DNA of 64,000 nt from Azolla caroliniana (Eukaryota > Plantae > Polypodiophyta), in the NCBI GenBank assembly GCA_043228905.1, contig JBHGNT010000020.1:13268001-13332000 (forward strand), written 5' to 3'. Shown piece by piece: positions 23,371-36,215 of the stretch; positions within the stretch are counted from its first letter, which is position 1, and every line of letters starts with the position of its first letter. Below the pieces are notes generated by a model that saw only the letters and a list, made by a program, of their open reading frames with translations, did no database searches and had not been told where the DNA came from. The translations under genes and the position numbers were made by a program.

Positions 23371-25009
23371 CCATTGTCTTACACAAGATGGGCTTGGGAA
23401 GGATAGTCACTTCCTTTCCAACTATTTTGTATTTTGTCATTGATATGCCTTTTTTTAAACTAATGGAAGGATATGCTGTTTAGAAAAAAAAAAGGGGGGG
23501 CGGGGGGGTGATATATTATCATGCCCCTATGAGGCTAACCATTGTCCATCTAAAGTTTGACCTTTGCATATGCCTTATTAAGACTACAACATTTCACCCA
23601 CAACAATAACTTAGAATACTCACTCCCACTTTTGTATTGAGTATTGCCAGAGTGATGACACTATTTATTGCCATGGGGAGTGTGAAACCGATATTGTTAC
23701 CTTCTAAAGGATTGACTACCAATGTTTCTAGATATTGGCTAAAGGATGTATATAAATCCCAATATCATGCAAGCACACTAGATATGATATTGAGTATATA
23801 CTAAAGGATAAAATTAGATATTAAGCATTATATTAGATAGGGATTTGATATCATGCCATGGGATAGGATGAAATTAGCTATTGGCTTATTTCTGCACAGT
23901 AGTTATGATATTGAGAATTATATACAGTAACGAGGTTTGATGGGAGCTAAATTTGTGGTAGTTGAATTTCCCTTATCCTAGTTATAAATCCATTACTAAC
24001 CACAAATGAAGCAACTATAGTTTTGAATTTTCCATACCTTCACTTGAGGGTTTGAATAAGTTGCGAAATGAGCCTATAGAATTCTATCATCTAGGGTTTC
24101 GTCTATAGTTGAGTAAACTCTATTCCCACCAAACTAGGAGTCATGTATGGACATTGGCCCTTGGAGCATCCTTCTAGGGTTACGCAAGTATCATTCCTCA
24201 TCATGGATATGGGATTGATGTCACCAACGTTTTCCATATAATGGGGAGTACGTCATCAACCTTGTAGGTCTCATTACATACATATATTGTGAAGCTTTGC
24301 CATGGCTTGGGACTCATGTATACATTTCTCAATATCATAACTAGTGTGTATGCATGATTGATGGTTTGACATCAGCTAACAATGATGCAATCATGAAGAC
24401 ACATGTGAGCGCATGAAATTCGAGCAAGACCATGGAGGACTTCAACCAAGGAAGATGGAAGTTATTTCAATACTATCACTTGGGGTTTCCTGTAATTGTC
24501 GGTTGTAGTGGCTCTTAAGGTTTCTTTGATTGTCTTTGCTCAAAACTTTTATGATGTGACAATATGTGAATGTGTGATCAATGAATATTCACAAGTAGGA
24601 TTGGGAAGGGTAGAGTACCGAAGTAATTTATGCAAGAATGGACAACGTACACGATGATTAAATGAGAGAGGGAAGCAAATTCATGTCCAAAGGACTTGTG
24701 TCTCAAGATCCAAGAGTAGTTAAGGGGAGTGTGGAAAATTAATTGAAACACTTAACACGCCCACAATAAAAAACAGGTAGGCAAAATGAATGTCCCAAGG
24801 AGATGTCCAATGTCCACGAGACCTAGAGGGGAGACCCTTCGCCCAAGAGTATTATTATGTATGCAAAAATCGTGGACACTTTAAAGCACGCCCACACGTG
24901 TTTCCCAAATGTGTGTGTCACGAATGAGGCCCGTGGTCAGCACATTATAATGGAGATGACGGAAGCCGTTATGCTCCGTCAAGCGCCGTCACGCTCCGCT
25001 AGGCATGGC

Positions 25010-26203
25010 TCACAAGAAGCCGATGGTCTCGATGGATGGTCTCGTCCGGACGATGGCCGCCGCCGGGGCATGAGTGGCGCCCACCATCACTGTCTGCAGG
25101 GATTCATCGTCTGCAGATGGAGGATTCCAAAGATGATGATGATGATGATTATGCATGGCCCTGCTGCTGCTCGATTTGGGCTGCTCCCATGTCGATCTGC
25201 GCGCACTGCGCATGCGAAGTCCGACAAAGATGGCGGCGCTCAGGAGGGTCACCCCCGCGGCCACTCCGGCGACCAGGCCCAATGTCCACCTGTGGGAGAT
25301 GTGGTGCTGCGTCTGCGGCTGCGGCTGCGGCGGCATGGATTCGAGACTCTGGTGAGGAATTCTGGTGAGGAGAGGAGGTGCAGGCTGCTGCTGAACAGGA
25401 AGAGCAGGCGGCAGAACCAGGGCGCAATCCAGGAGAGATGGAGAGGAGCAAGTTAGGGTTTGGGTTGGGGAAGGGGTGGTTATGGCAGAGAGGAGGCCAT
25501 GGTTGTCGAAGAAAGCGCACATTAATGGGGGACTAGAGAGAGCTGAGAGATTAGACGAAGAAGGAGGAGGAGGAGGAGGAGGGGCATGGCGGAAGGTGAT
25601 GGAGAAGAGCGACGAGGAAGGGGCGGTGATTGGATATGTCGGCGAGCTTGTGTCGAAGCTGCTGCTGCTCTGCACAGAAGAAGAAGAAGAAGAAGAAGAA
25701 GAAGAAGAAGAAGAAGAGGAATTGTTGATGTTGCTGTGGGTGGTGGTGGTGGAGGTGAAGACGAGGAGACCCACGATGGGCCCCACGAAAGTAAAGCCAG
25801 CGGGGAGGGAGAAGGGAGGCGCCGGCGCACGTGACTGGGTGGGAACCGCACGTGCGGATGGGGGTTCCATGTTGCGGTAGAGTAGCATGAGGAAGCGCGG
25901 GCCCCGGCGGCGCACGTGCGAAGGGAGGATGGACCAGCCCCGCGGGAGGTGGAGCTCGTTGAACGTGGTGTTCCTCCGCCGGCTGCTGCCCGTCCTCAGC
26001 CGCATGACCTGCACGTGCGATCTGTCCACCTCCACAGGCGCCGCCGGTGCCGCCGCCAGGTTGACCGGCCCGGGCGTGAATGTGACGTTGTAGATGACGC
26101 CCGTCTTTGTGCCGGCGCGCGCCAGCCGGTTCGCCCCGCACGTGCCAAGCTTCTGGCTGAGCTCGGCCAAGGTCATCTCACTGGCGATAGCGGCCATGTC
26201 GAG

Positions 26204-26235
<32 letters not shown>

Positions 26236-26326
26236 CATGCGGAATGACAGATCCCATCCCGCGGCGAATCGTAGCCGTCGGATCTCCAATCGCAAGGAAT
26301 GGCGGCTGCCGTTGGATGAAGTCCAT
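25010..26326 (-). CDS. DUF1191-family single-pass membrane protein with low-complexity expansions (true start may be a downstream Met)
   Basis: Motifs KTGVIYNV, VMRLRTGS, FNELHLPRG, LMLLYRNM and GFTFVGPIVGLLVF; TM helix WTLGLVAGVAAGVTLLSAAIFVGL; C-terminus ESLQTVMVGATHAPAAAIVRTRPSIE typical of the family. Single exon. Confidence 0.85.
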
Positions 26327-27866
26327 TCATCCACCCATCGACCCTCCTCCCCTCCCTCGTAGAATGGATATATATATGTAGATCGCCATCGCTAGAATTT
26401 AAAAAAAAAAAAAAAATCAATCAAATTGATCATTATTAAATGGAAGCCCAAGCGTTGGGCCTCGCCTCCGTCAGTTTTAACGTCGGAGAATCGTTCCCGT
26501 TTGGGATGTCCTTTAACGTCCATCTTTTAATTTTGTTCTTGATCATGGAGGTGGGTTTTAGGGTTTAGGGTTTTGATTCTTAGAAGCTTCCTCCTTTCTT
26601 TGATTCTCCTTTGTGATCCTACAAATAAATCGTTTTCTTCACTTACACACACACACACACACACACACAATTAAACCCCCCATGCTTTAGGTGTCCGCTT
26701 CATCGTTTTTGCGTTATACCTTTCTAACACACACACACACACAGTTACATTGCCTCTTGGTTCCTCGCTTCATGGAATGTTAATGTACGTAAGCTTTATA
26801 ACATTCATGATAGGATATATTGCCTACAACATTGAGTATTAACTATAGGCATGTCATCGCTTGAAGATGCTAATAGATGGCAAAGCAGAATCGTAATTAC
26901 AAATGTGATGTGGAACTATATCACTTACTACATGGAACGAGATATATAATATCCCAAAAAAAGTCTTACATAGACATCAAGGGGTAGAATCCTCAACATC
27001 CTATTCTATGGTGAAATTTGAAACATGTAGGGCGCTCGCCGCTCTTTGGACTGGCCATGCAAAGAATATACAAGTATATCACAAAAGTCAAGAATATGCT
27101 TGATCATAAACCGCCCAAACAAGCTTGGAAAATAGGATGTAAGGTACAAAAAACTAACACTTAGAGCAAAATCCTCTAATCGAGCTATGTGCTTGACAAA
27201 CAAACTCTCAAGTGATTCTATGAAGTATGTGATCAGTGAGGATATAGATTACAAGAGGCACTAAGGATGAAGTGGTAAGATGCTAAAATGTCAAAATTGG
27301 AAGTTGACCCCTGTTGAAATTAGGGTCTTATCCTAATCATAAGGGTGCAATTATAGGTGACTCTAATGTGCTTGTGTACTGTTGTTGGTGTTCTAATGGA
27401 AGTGTCTAAGTTAATTAAATGTGTGGGTTGGGAGTGATACAAGATAGGACGTGGCAAAGGCGTTGGATGGTTAGGGGTGAGATAAGGAGTCCGCATCGGC
27501 TTGGTTCAGGTTGTTAAACTGTGTAAAAAAATCCCATTCCGTTCAATTTAGGCTTTGCGTTTCATTAACAGGGTTGGGATGACTCAAGTCGAATCAAACC
27601 ATTTTGGGCTTCACCGGTTCCCAAACCAATTAGCCTTAATCGGTTTGACTAAAAAGGATCCTAAACCAATTTTTGTTGGATCAGTTTCTGGATAACTTCA
27701 CCGGATTGGTCTCCGAACACGTATTCGATTTGGATCAATCCCCGGATGCTGGACGGTGAGCGCACGAGCTCAAAGACGTATGTCGTTCCTGAACGTTTGC
27801 CGGATAGGTATGATGAGCTCATGAGCCCACTCACTCGGATACATACACTCAAACAGGAATAGAACA

Positions 27867-28346
27867 TGTTACGGGCATGACCATATAATATCTCATGGTG
27901 AGAATTTATCGTAGTATTCTATACACGTGGATAAGTGTGAGGGTTAAACAATAGTGTAAAGAAGGGGAGGATTACTTTTAACCCAACCATACGGAGAGAC
28001 TTAGTAAAATTAATGATTTATAGAGAAACAAACAGATTACAACCGGACGCAATCGGAAAAGGAGCTTCGAGCTCTACACACACACACACACACACACACA
28101 GAACAATGGGCCTCTGGTCGGGAGCTCACAGGCTTTCTACGCGAGTAGAGACCTCCACCTTCTTCCTGAAACCAACAAAGAATAGAAAACAGAGGGAATG
28201 ACCAAGCTTGGGACTCAAACCGACAACACTTCAATCTCCCACTCTCTAGATCCCTAACACAGTTCAAAGCCTCCATTTTTATGGAACAAGGGGAAGTTGT
28301 TACATCTCGCTTAATGGCAATCATTATTGTCAACGATTCCCCCCTT
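27867..28346 (-). mobile_element. Possible isolated 3' LTR remnant with PPT
   Basis: Starts TGTTA at 27867 and ends TCAACG at 28335 (a mutated CA end?), next to minus-strand AAGGGGGGAAT. No partner LTR in the window. Confidence 0.35.
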
Positions 28347-30247
28347 GATTCTCTCTTACATCATATCTTTTATTGCTTACTTTCTTTCATGGGACATTAA
28401 AGTACCCATCCGAGTCACACTACCTAGTACTTATAAATCCTAGAGTATTTACAATGTTTGTACATGAAGGCATTTTCGTGTGCATTCGCGCACATCCCCG
28501 TTCACGCACATCCAACTCCTTTACTCCACGTGGACAGAATTCATCACGACAACAGTTTAAGAACCGGTTTGGTTCAAGTTTGAAAACTCCCAAACCAATT
28601 AAGGCTTAACCATTTTGGTTTTGACAATGTCGAACTGGTTAAGTCGAAACCGAACCGTTGCTAATTCCTATCTTTTGCTAATGTGGACAGATATAAAATG
28701 TCAAAAGATATTATGACGATATAGAGCTAAAACCTTAGGAGAGACATGAAGGTTGCCTCATAGATAAGAAGATAAAAGAACTTGTTCTCGACACCAAAGC
28801 CTATTTCGCCACCACCTTGTGGGTTTTCAAAAACTATGAAGATGACACTTGTCATCTTCCATGCACAATTTCACTTCAAACTATGTCATTGGATTGGAAG
28901 GGAACCATTAGCTAGGAATGACATTTGAGTAGGTGGTGTTGGTATCATAGAAGCAAAATGAATAAGTTTTTGAAGCATGCAACAATTAGTAAACTAGAAG
29001 GAATAAAGTAAGACCTGACATTCCACCTAAGGTAGTCTAAATAGCATATGAGGTTGGGGTTGGTTCAGTCAAGGTCGATGTCAGTGCGCCCCTGAGATGG
29101 GAGGTCGTAGTGTTGAATTGAGGTGTGGAGTTGCGTCCGCAATTGCAAAGGTCTCCTAGTCTATTTTATCCATGGTCATTCATTTGATGCTTTTAATGTT
29201 AGCATCCCGAACTCATTGCTACACATGTTCTTGAGCATGGTTTTGGTCCACCTAGGCATCTTAGCTATGCCATTTGAGAAAATAAAATGAAGATTCACCT
29301 TGGTATTAATGGAAAGATGCCCAAAGGCTACAACGAATTAATACAATAGATTATAATCCTCATACCCACATCAACCAACATGTCGAGTATCTAAAGCCTT
29401 CATGTAGGGTCGTTCCAAGACGGGGGGTGGAAAAAGCCATCTTGGTGGAGCATACTTAACTATGACATTTTTGTCGTGTGGTGACTTGAGAGACGTCCGC
29501 AACACAAGTGTAGTTGGGACTTTGTAATAGAGTCTCAACTACAAACACCTCAAGATGTTTCTAATCAAGGTGGTAGTTGGTCTCCTTCATATAACCCAAT
29601 TCCTCCATCTTCCCATGTGTCATAGGTCCTTAAGGTTTTGTTGCACATCTAGGATAACTCGCTTCACATTGATCTAGCCCTTAAACCATTGAAATTACCA
29701 TGCCTTAGAATCAGTCCCTAAGGACAATATACTCCAAGTTTCCAAATTAACATTGCACTCTTGATGAACATTGACATCATTAAGAACATTTGCATGACAG
29801 GTAGATGAACTAATGTACTTTAGGATTACGAAAGGTCTGCAATTGCATAGGGTTTATTCAATACACTTATGAGATAGATAAAGTTTTGGAGCTCAAAGGT
29901 ACACTCAAAAATAGATTTTTACCGAGGGTAGGAACAAACATATACATATTATGATCCACATAAAATTATTCTATCTTAAGCAATCTTACTATTATCTCAT
30001 GCAATATGCGACATTTCTTGCATATTCTTGAGAAAGTTTAGTGTGTTCTCTAATTCATCTCGATAAAGATTAGCATCAATAGGAACTCATGACTATATCC
30101 AATTGAAGTATGTGTCAACCACCCTCTGTAGGCTAGTGTTTGTTAGAATATACAACAATAGATACACACTGGATACGCGATGTACTCCCAAGATAAACAA
30201 GATGAAATACTAGATTGAGATAGAGGAATGATTTGACATATGTCATA

Positions 30248-33200
30248 TGATGGAAATAATCGACACTTTCCAAACTTCACCTCTCGGCCACAACCAAGGA
30301 AACACACGAATCGTTGTTGCAGAAAATGGGAAATGCCAAAAGTAAATAAGTGGACACACGATCTAACGTGGAAAACCCTGTACGGGAAAAACCACGGGAG
30401 TACAAGACTCCGAACCAAAACTATGCACAGAGAAATATACAATGGCGAGCTGCAAGGCGACGACCTTGAGCTCGCTGTCCTCGCCACAGGCGGCGGAATT
30501 ACACAGAGGCGTTGACCTCTTCGTCTCTCACGCTCTATCTCTCTCACGGCTGCTCTCTCTTCACTCCTCTTGAGTGGAAAAACAGAAAAATGAGTAGCAA
30601 CATTAAAACTGTTTGCCCTAAGTCATATTTATACACATATGACTTTCGGGCTATTTACAACTATAGCCTCAAGGGCCCTTGGCAAACATATTCACAAATA
30701 TGTCCCCGCATCCGGATCTCTCTCTCCGGGTACATTCGTCATCCGGCTCCGAAGCCGGGATCTTCATCATCCGGTTCCGAAACCGCAACCGGGCTTGTCG
30801 ACATTCATCTCCGACATCCGACCATCCCATCCGAAGGGACCGAAATCCCAACAAACTCCCCCTTCACTTCGGCATGGGATGTCTCTCCAATCCGATCCTC
30901 TTCCGGCATGCTTCTAGCTTGTCGGGTGTGAGCACCTTGGTCAGCATATCCGACCCGTTCTCGTCCGTGTGGACCTTCGTCAGCACGAACTCCTTGTCTT
31001 CTATCCTTTCCCGGATCCAGTGATATCTTCGCTGGATGTGCTTCGTCCGGGAGTGATAGGCTGCGTTCTTCGCAAGGTGGATGGCACTCTGACTGTCGCA
31101 GTAGAGTCGGTACTCCTCCTGCTGGATACCGAGCTCTCTAATGAAGTCCTTCATCCATATTATTTCCTTGCCGGCTTCAACAGCCGCCATGTACTCCGCC
31201 TCCGTGGTTGACAACGCAACCGTCTTCTGCAGCCTCGACTACCATGAAACAGCTCCCCCTGCATATGTCATCACATACCCTGATGTGGACCGGCTGGTAT
31301 CTGCATCAGCCGACATATCCGAATCGGTAAAGCCGTCGAGTTCGGGCTTACCGGAGCCGAATCGGAGGCACACGTTTGCCGTGCCCTTCAGGTATCGGAG
31401 TATCCACTTGGCCGCGTTCCAATGCTCTTTGCCGGGATTGCTCATGTACCGGCTCACCACTCCGACTGCGTATCCAATGTCCGGTCTTGTACACACCATT
31501 GCGTACATCAAGCTTCCGACGGCAGAGGCATATGGCACTTTCATCATGTCCTCCTTCTCAGCCTTTGTCTTGGGGCTTTGCTTGCTGGACAGCTTGCAGT
31601 TTGCCGGGAGTGTTGACCCGACCGGTCTTGCTTCCGACATGTTGAACCGGTGAAGCACCTTTGTCACGTACTTCTCCTGTGACAGCCATAACTGCTTCTT
31701 CTTCCGGTCCCAGATGATGTGCATCCCTAGTATTTGCCTCGCCGGACCCAGGTCCTTCATTGAGAAGGTTCGGTGAAGAGCCTTCTTCAGCATCCGTATC
31801 TTGACCTGGTCTCGTCCGACGATCAACATGTCGTCCACGTACAGGAGGAGTATTAGAAAGTCTCCTCCTTCGAACTTCTTCACAAACACGCAGTGATCGG
31901 ACTGCGTTTTGTGGTACCCTTCGTCGGTCATGAAAGAGTCGAACTTCCGGTACCATTGCCGGGGAGCCTGCTTCAGTCCGTAAAGGCTCTTCTTCAACCG
32001 GCATACCAGGTGCTCCTTCCCTTTCTTCTCGAATCCTTCCGGTTGCTGCATGTAGATCTCTTCTTCGAGGTCACCGTGAAGGAATGCCGTCTTCACGTCC
32101 ATCTGTTCTACCTCGAGGTCCATGCTTGCCGCTATGCTTAGCACCGTCCGGATGGAGGTCATCTTCACTACCGGGGAAAATATCTCGTCGAAGTCGACGC
32201 CCTTCTTCTGCTGAAACCCCTTCACCACGATCCTGGCTTTGTATCTCGGGGGGTTTCCAGCATCTCCCGGTTTCAGCTTGAACACCCACTTGTTTCGAAG
32301 TGCCCGCTTTCCTTTCGGCAACTCCACAAGTTCATATGTGCGGTTCTCATGCAGGGAATCCATCTCGTCCTGCATGGCACTCAACCACCTGCGGCTCTGG
32401 GTGTCATGCTTTGCTTCTTCAAAGCTCTCCGGCTCCCCCTCGTCGGTCAGCAGCACGTGCTCTGGTTCCGGAAATCTCCGGGGGGCCCTTCTCTCTCTTA
32501 GAGGATATCTCCGTTCCGGAGCTTCGGTAACCGGTTCTTCCGATTCTTCTTCATCCGAATCCATTTCGGGATCGGGGCCGGTTCCGGTATCATTTTCATC
32601 TTCTTCGGCCGGTTCTGTTTCTTCACCGTCTTCGGCCGGATCTTCGAGTGTTAACCGGTCCCTTGTCGGTCGGGACTGCTCCTCGTAGAGTTGATCCTCA
32701 CCGGTCGACTTGGAGCTCTTCATCTTCTTCTCCGACTCCCAGTCGGCGAGTGTCTTGTTCTCCATGAAGATGATATCACGACTCCAGAATATCTTCTTGT
32801 CGACCGGGTCCCATACTCGGTAGCCGAACTCGTCATCGCCGTAACTGAGGAATATGCATGGCCGGGTCTTTGGATCTAGCTTTCCTCTCCGGTCCTTAGC
32901 CACATGCACATATGCGAGACACCCGAACACCTTCAGATGCCGGTAGGATACTTCCCTACCGGTCCACACTCTCTGCGGCGTGTCTCCGTCCAAAGGTACT
33001 GAGGGTGATCTGTTTATCACGTATGTCGCCGTTGACATCGCCTCAGCCCAAAACCCCTTGGGTAATTTCGCATGTGCCAGCATACTCCGGACCCTCTCCA
33101 TTATGGTCCGGTTCATCCTCTCGGCCAGCCCGTTCAGTTCCGGCGTCTTCGGCACGGTAAACTCGAGCCGGATTCCCTTCGAGCGACAGTACTCCGCGAA

Positions 33201-35573
33201 CTGCCCCCGGTATTCCCCTCCGTTATCCGCTCGTATCGCTTTCAGCTTCTTGCCGGATTCCCTTTCCACTCTCGCGTGGAGTTCTTTGAAGACGCACAAC
33301 ACTTGGTCCTTTGTCTTCAACGGTGCCGTCCACAGCTTCCGGCTGTGATCATCAATGAATGTTACGAAGTACTGGGCTCCGCCATGTGACTTCGTTTCTA
33401 CCTGACACACATCAGTGTGCACCAACTCCAATGGTGCGCTACGTCTCGTCGGTGGCCTTGAGTGGAAGGAGGTTCGGTTCTGCTTACCGGCCAGGCAATC
33501 GGTGCACTTCTCCAGGTGCACATGCTTCACTGGAATAAGGTTGTCTTCTGCAAGCCTCTTCATCCCCTTCTCACTCATGTGGCACAGTCTCTTGTGCCAC
33601 AGCTCACCGGCAGTGTCGGCTGCCACGTTCAACTCTTCCGGACACAACCAGGCATTCATAAGGTATAGTGTGTTGACTTTCCGGGCCCGAGCCACTATCA
33701 GGCTCCCCTTGCTGAACTTCATTACGCCGTTCCGGATGCTACCTGTGTAGCCTTCATCGTCTAGCCTCCCGGCCGAAATCAGGTTCAATCGAACCTCCGG
33801 AACGTGTCGGACATCCTTCAACAACATTTTGCATCCGGTCGAGGTTGTCAACCACACGTCTCCTATGCCGGCAATTCGGCACGTACCTTCATTTCCCATC
33901 CGAACACAGCCATGCTCACCGACTGTGTAGGATGAGAAGTATCTTCTTTTCGGGGTCAGGTGGAACGACGCTCCGGAATCGACCACCCAGGTCGTCTCAT
34001 CGCCGGCAACGTTTAGTTCACCTTCTTCGGTGATGAGCATGATTTCTTCCTCACTTGCCGCGAGTGCCGTTGTTCCTTTCCGGTCCTGCCCTCGCCAATC
34101 CGGACCTCTCCGGTCCATGGCTCCCCGGTATGCACCGTTTCTCTCCGGTGACTTCTTCGAATCGGTGTCGACGGCTCCGTTGTCCTTTCGGTAATGCCGA
34201 CAATTCTTCCGGAAGTGCCCCGGCTTCCCACAGTGGAAGCATGTGGGTCTTCCTCTTGACTGCGACCGGGTCCCCGACTTCTCCCGTCTTTGCGGACTCC
34301 GGTTCCATTGTCTTCCCCGTTCCGATTCGGTAAGCAGCGCCTTCGAGTCAGAGGCCGGTTCTTTATCTCTCCGACGCGCTTCTTCGTTCAAAATACTTGT
34401 CTTTACCGTTTGTAGGGACAAGTTATCTTCCGTGCAGGAGGTGCTGAGAGTCACCACCAAGTTCTCCCAGCTTTCCGGCAATGTACACATCAGAATGATG
34501 GCTTGCATTGCATCCTCCAGCGGGAACTTGATCGCCGCAAGCTGGTTCACGAATCCCATGAACGTGCTTACGTGTTCCACCATACTCTCGCCGTCCCGGT
34601 ACTTGAGGTTCACTATCTTCCTCATCAGGGAGGTCCGGTTCAACGCATTCTTCCTCTCGTAGAGGCCCGACAGCTTCCGCCACATCTCATATGCGTTGAT
34701 GTGGTTCGCCACATGTTGTAGAACGCTCACGTCGACGTATTGCCGAATGGTTGCAACGGCTTTCCGGTTCAGAAGCCTCCATTCCGACTCAAGTACCCCC
34801 TTCGGTATTTCCGACCTGTCAATCGGTTCGTACAGGTCCCGAACAATCAGAAGATCCTCCATCTTGATCTTCCAGTCGGCGTAATTCTGCGCATTCAGCA
34901 CCATCATCCCCGGCTGCCCGCTGCCGCCGCCTTCCATTTTCTGCAGCAGTTCGCTCTGATACCAAATTGATGGAAATAATCGACACTTTCCAAACTTCAC
35001 CTCTCGGCCACAACCAAGGAAACACACGAATCGTTGTTGCAGAAAATGGGAAATGCCAAAAGTAAATAAGTGGACACACGATCTAACGTGGAAAACCCTG
35101 TACGGGAAAAACCACGGGAGTACAAGACTCCGAACCAAAACTATGCACAGAGAAATATACAATGGCGAGCTGCAAGGCGACGACCTTGAGCTCGCTGTCC
35201 TCGCCACAGGCGGCGGAATTACACAGAGGCGTCGACCTCTTCGTCTCTCACGCTCTATCTCTCTCACGGCTGCTCTCTCTTCACTCCTCTTGAGTGGAAA
35301 AACAGAAAAATGAGTAGCAACATTAAAACTGTTTGCCCTAAGTCATATTTATACACATATGACTTTCGGGCTATTTACAACTATAGCCTCAAGGGCCCTT
35401 GGCAAACATATTCACAAATATGTCCCCGCATCCGGATCTCTCTCTCCGGGTACATTCGTCATCCGGCTCCGAAGCCGGGATCTTCATCATCCGGTTCCGA
35501 AACCGCAACCGGGCTTGTCGACATTCATCTCCGACATCCGACCATCCCATCCGAAGGGACCGAAATCCCAACA
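30248..35573 (-). mobile_element. Full-length Ty1/Copia element (Tnt1/Tork-like), 5326 bp, TSD TCATA
   Basis: 606-bp LTRs at 30248-30853 and 34968-35573 with one mismatch seen; TSD at 30243-30247 and 35574-35578; PBS TGGTATCAGAGC at 34953-34964; PPT AGGGGGAGTT at 30854-30863. Confidence 0.97.
30864..34937 (-). pseudogene. Copia gag-pol polyprotein with a single in-frame TAG at 31239-31241
   Basis: Start MEGGGSG at 34937 (the ORF track start at 35267 lies in the LTR). CFHCGKPGHFRKNC, WVVDSGAS, VHTDVC..RADNGGEY..NGLAERMN, LYVDDML, then AVSW*SRLQKTVALSTTEAEY..KHI in the same frame. Confidence 0.93.
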
Positions 35574-35694
35574 TCATATACTTAATTATACAAGAATGTT
35601 GAGATGTAGTACTATAAGAAAAGGGTGATGTCGGATAACCTTTCTCTTCTCACTTCATGTGGCTAGTTGGTTGTGTCGTTTGACTTTGAAGACA

Positions 35695-36215
35695 TATGTA
35701 TAAGGTTCAAATCAGATTCTAGTTCTGTGCATGGATTCTCTCTTTTATTTATTTGATGACCATCTATTTTTGAGCTTGTTAGTCAATAATGTTCTATCTA
35801 TTTAGTAAGTCCTTTAGGGGTCAATCTTCTATGTGGTTCCATGAGCCCTCCTATCGAAATTATATAAGACATAGGTATAAGGTTTGCATAAGATTCTAGT
35901 CATGTACAAGAATTCTCTCTTTTATTTATTTGACCACTATTTATTTTCGAGCTTGTTAGTCAACAATGTTCCATCTATTTAGTAAGTCCTTTAAGGGTCA
36001 ATCTTGTATGTGTTTCCATGTCAAGCCCTCCTAGAGAAATTATATACCACATAGGTATAAAGTTCACATCTAGTCATGTACAAGAATTCTCTTTTTTATT
36101 TATTTGATCACCATCTACTTTCGAGCTTGTTAGTGACAACAATGTTCTATCTATTTTAGTAAGTCCTTTAAAGGTCAATCTTCTATGTGTTTACGTGCAA
36201 CCTCTTTGAGAAATT
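35695..36215. repeat. Tandem repeat, ~180 bp x3
   Basis: ATAAGGTT..GAGCTTGTTAGT..TTTAGTAAGTCCTTTA.GGGTCAATCTT repeated three times. Confidence 0.85.

Noticed and set aside
24857-26381. + strand ORFs overlapping DUF1191
   Set aside because: Antisense products of GC-rich, trinucleotide-repeat coding sequence.
20853-31241. U-to-C RNA editing repairing the TAA/TAG stops in the two young retrotransposons
   Set aside because: Such editing is known from organelles; C>T deamination in nuclear TEs is the simpler explanation.
34938-35267. N-terminal extension of the 1342-aa ORF
   Set aside because: It lies in the LTR and PBS; the gag start is better placed at ATG 34937.
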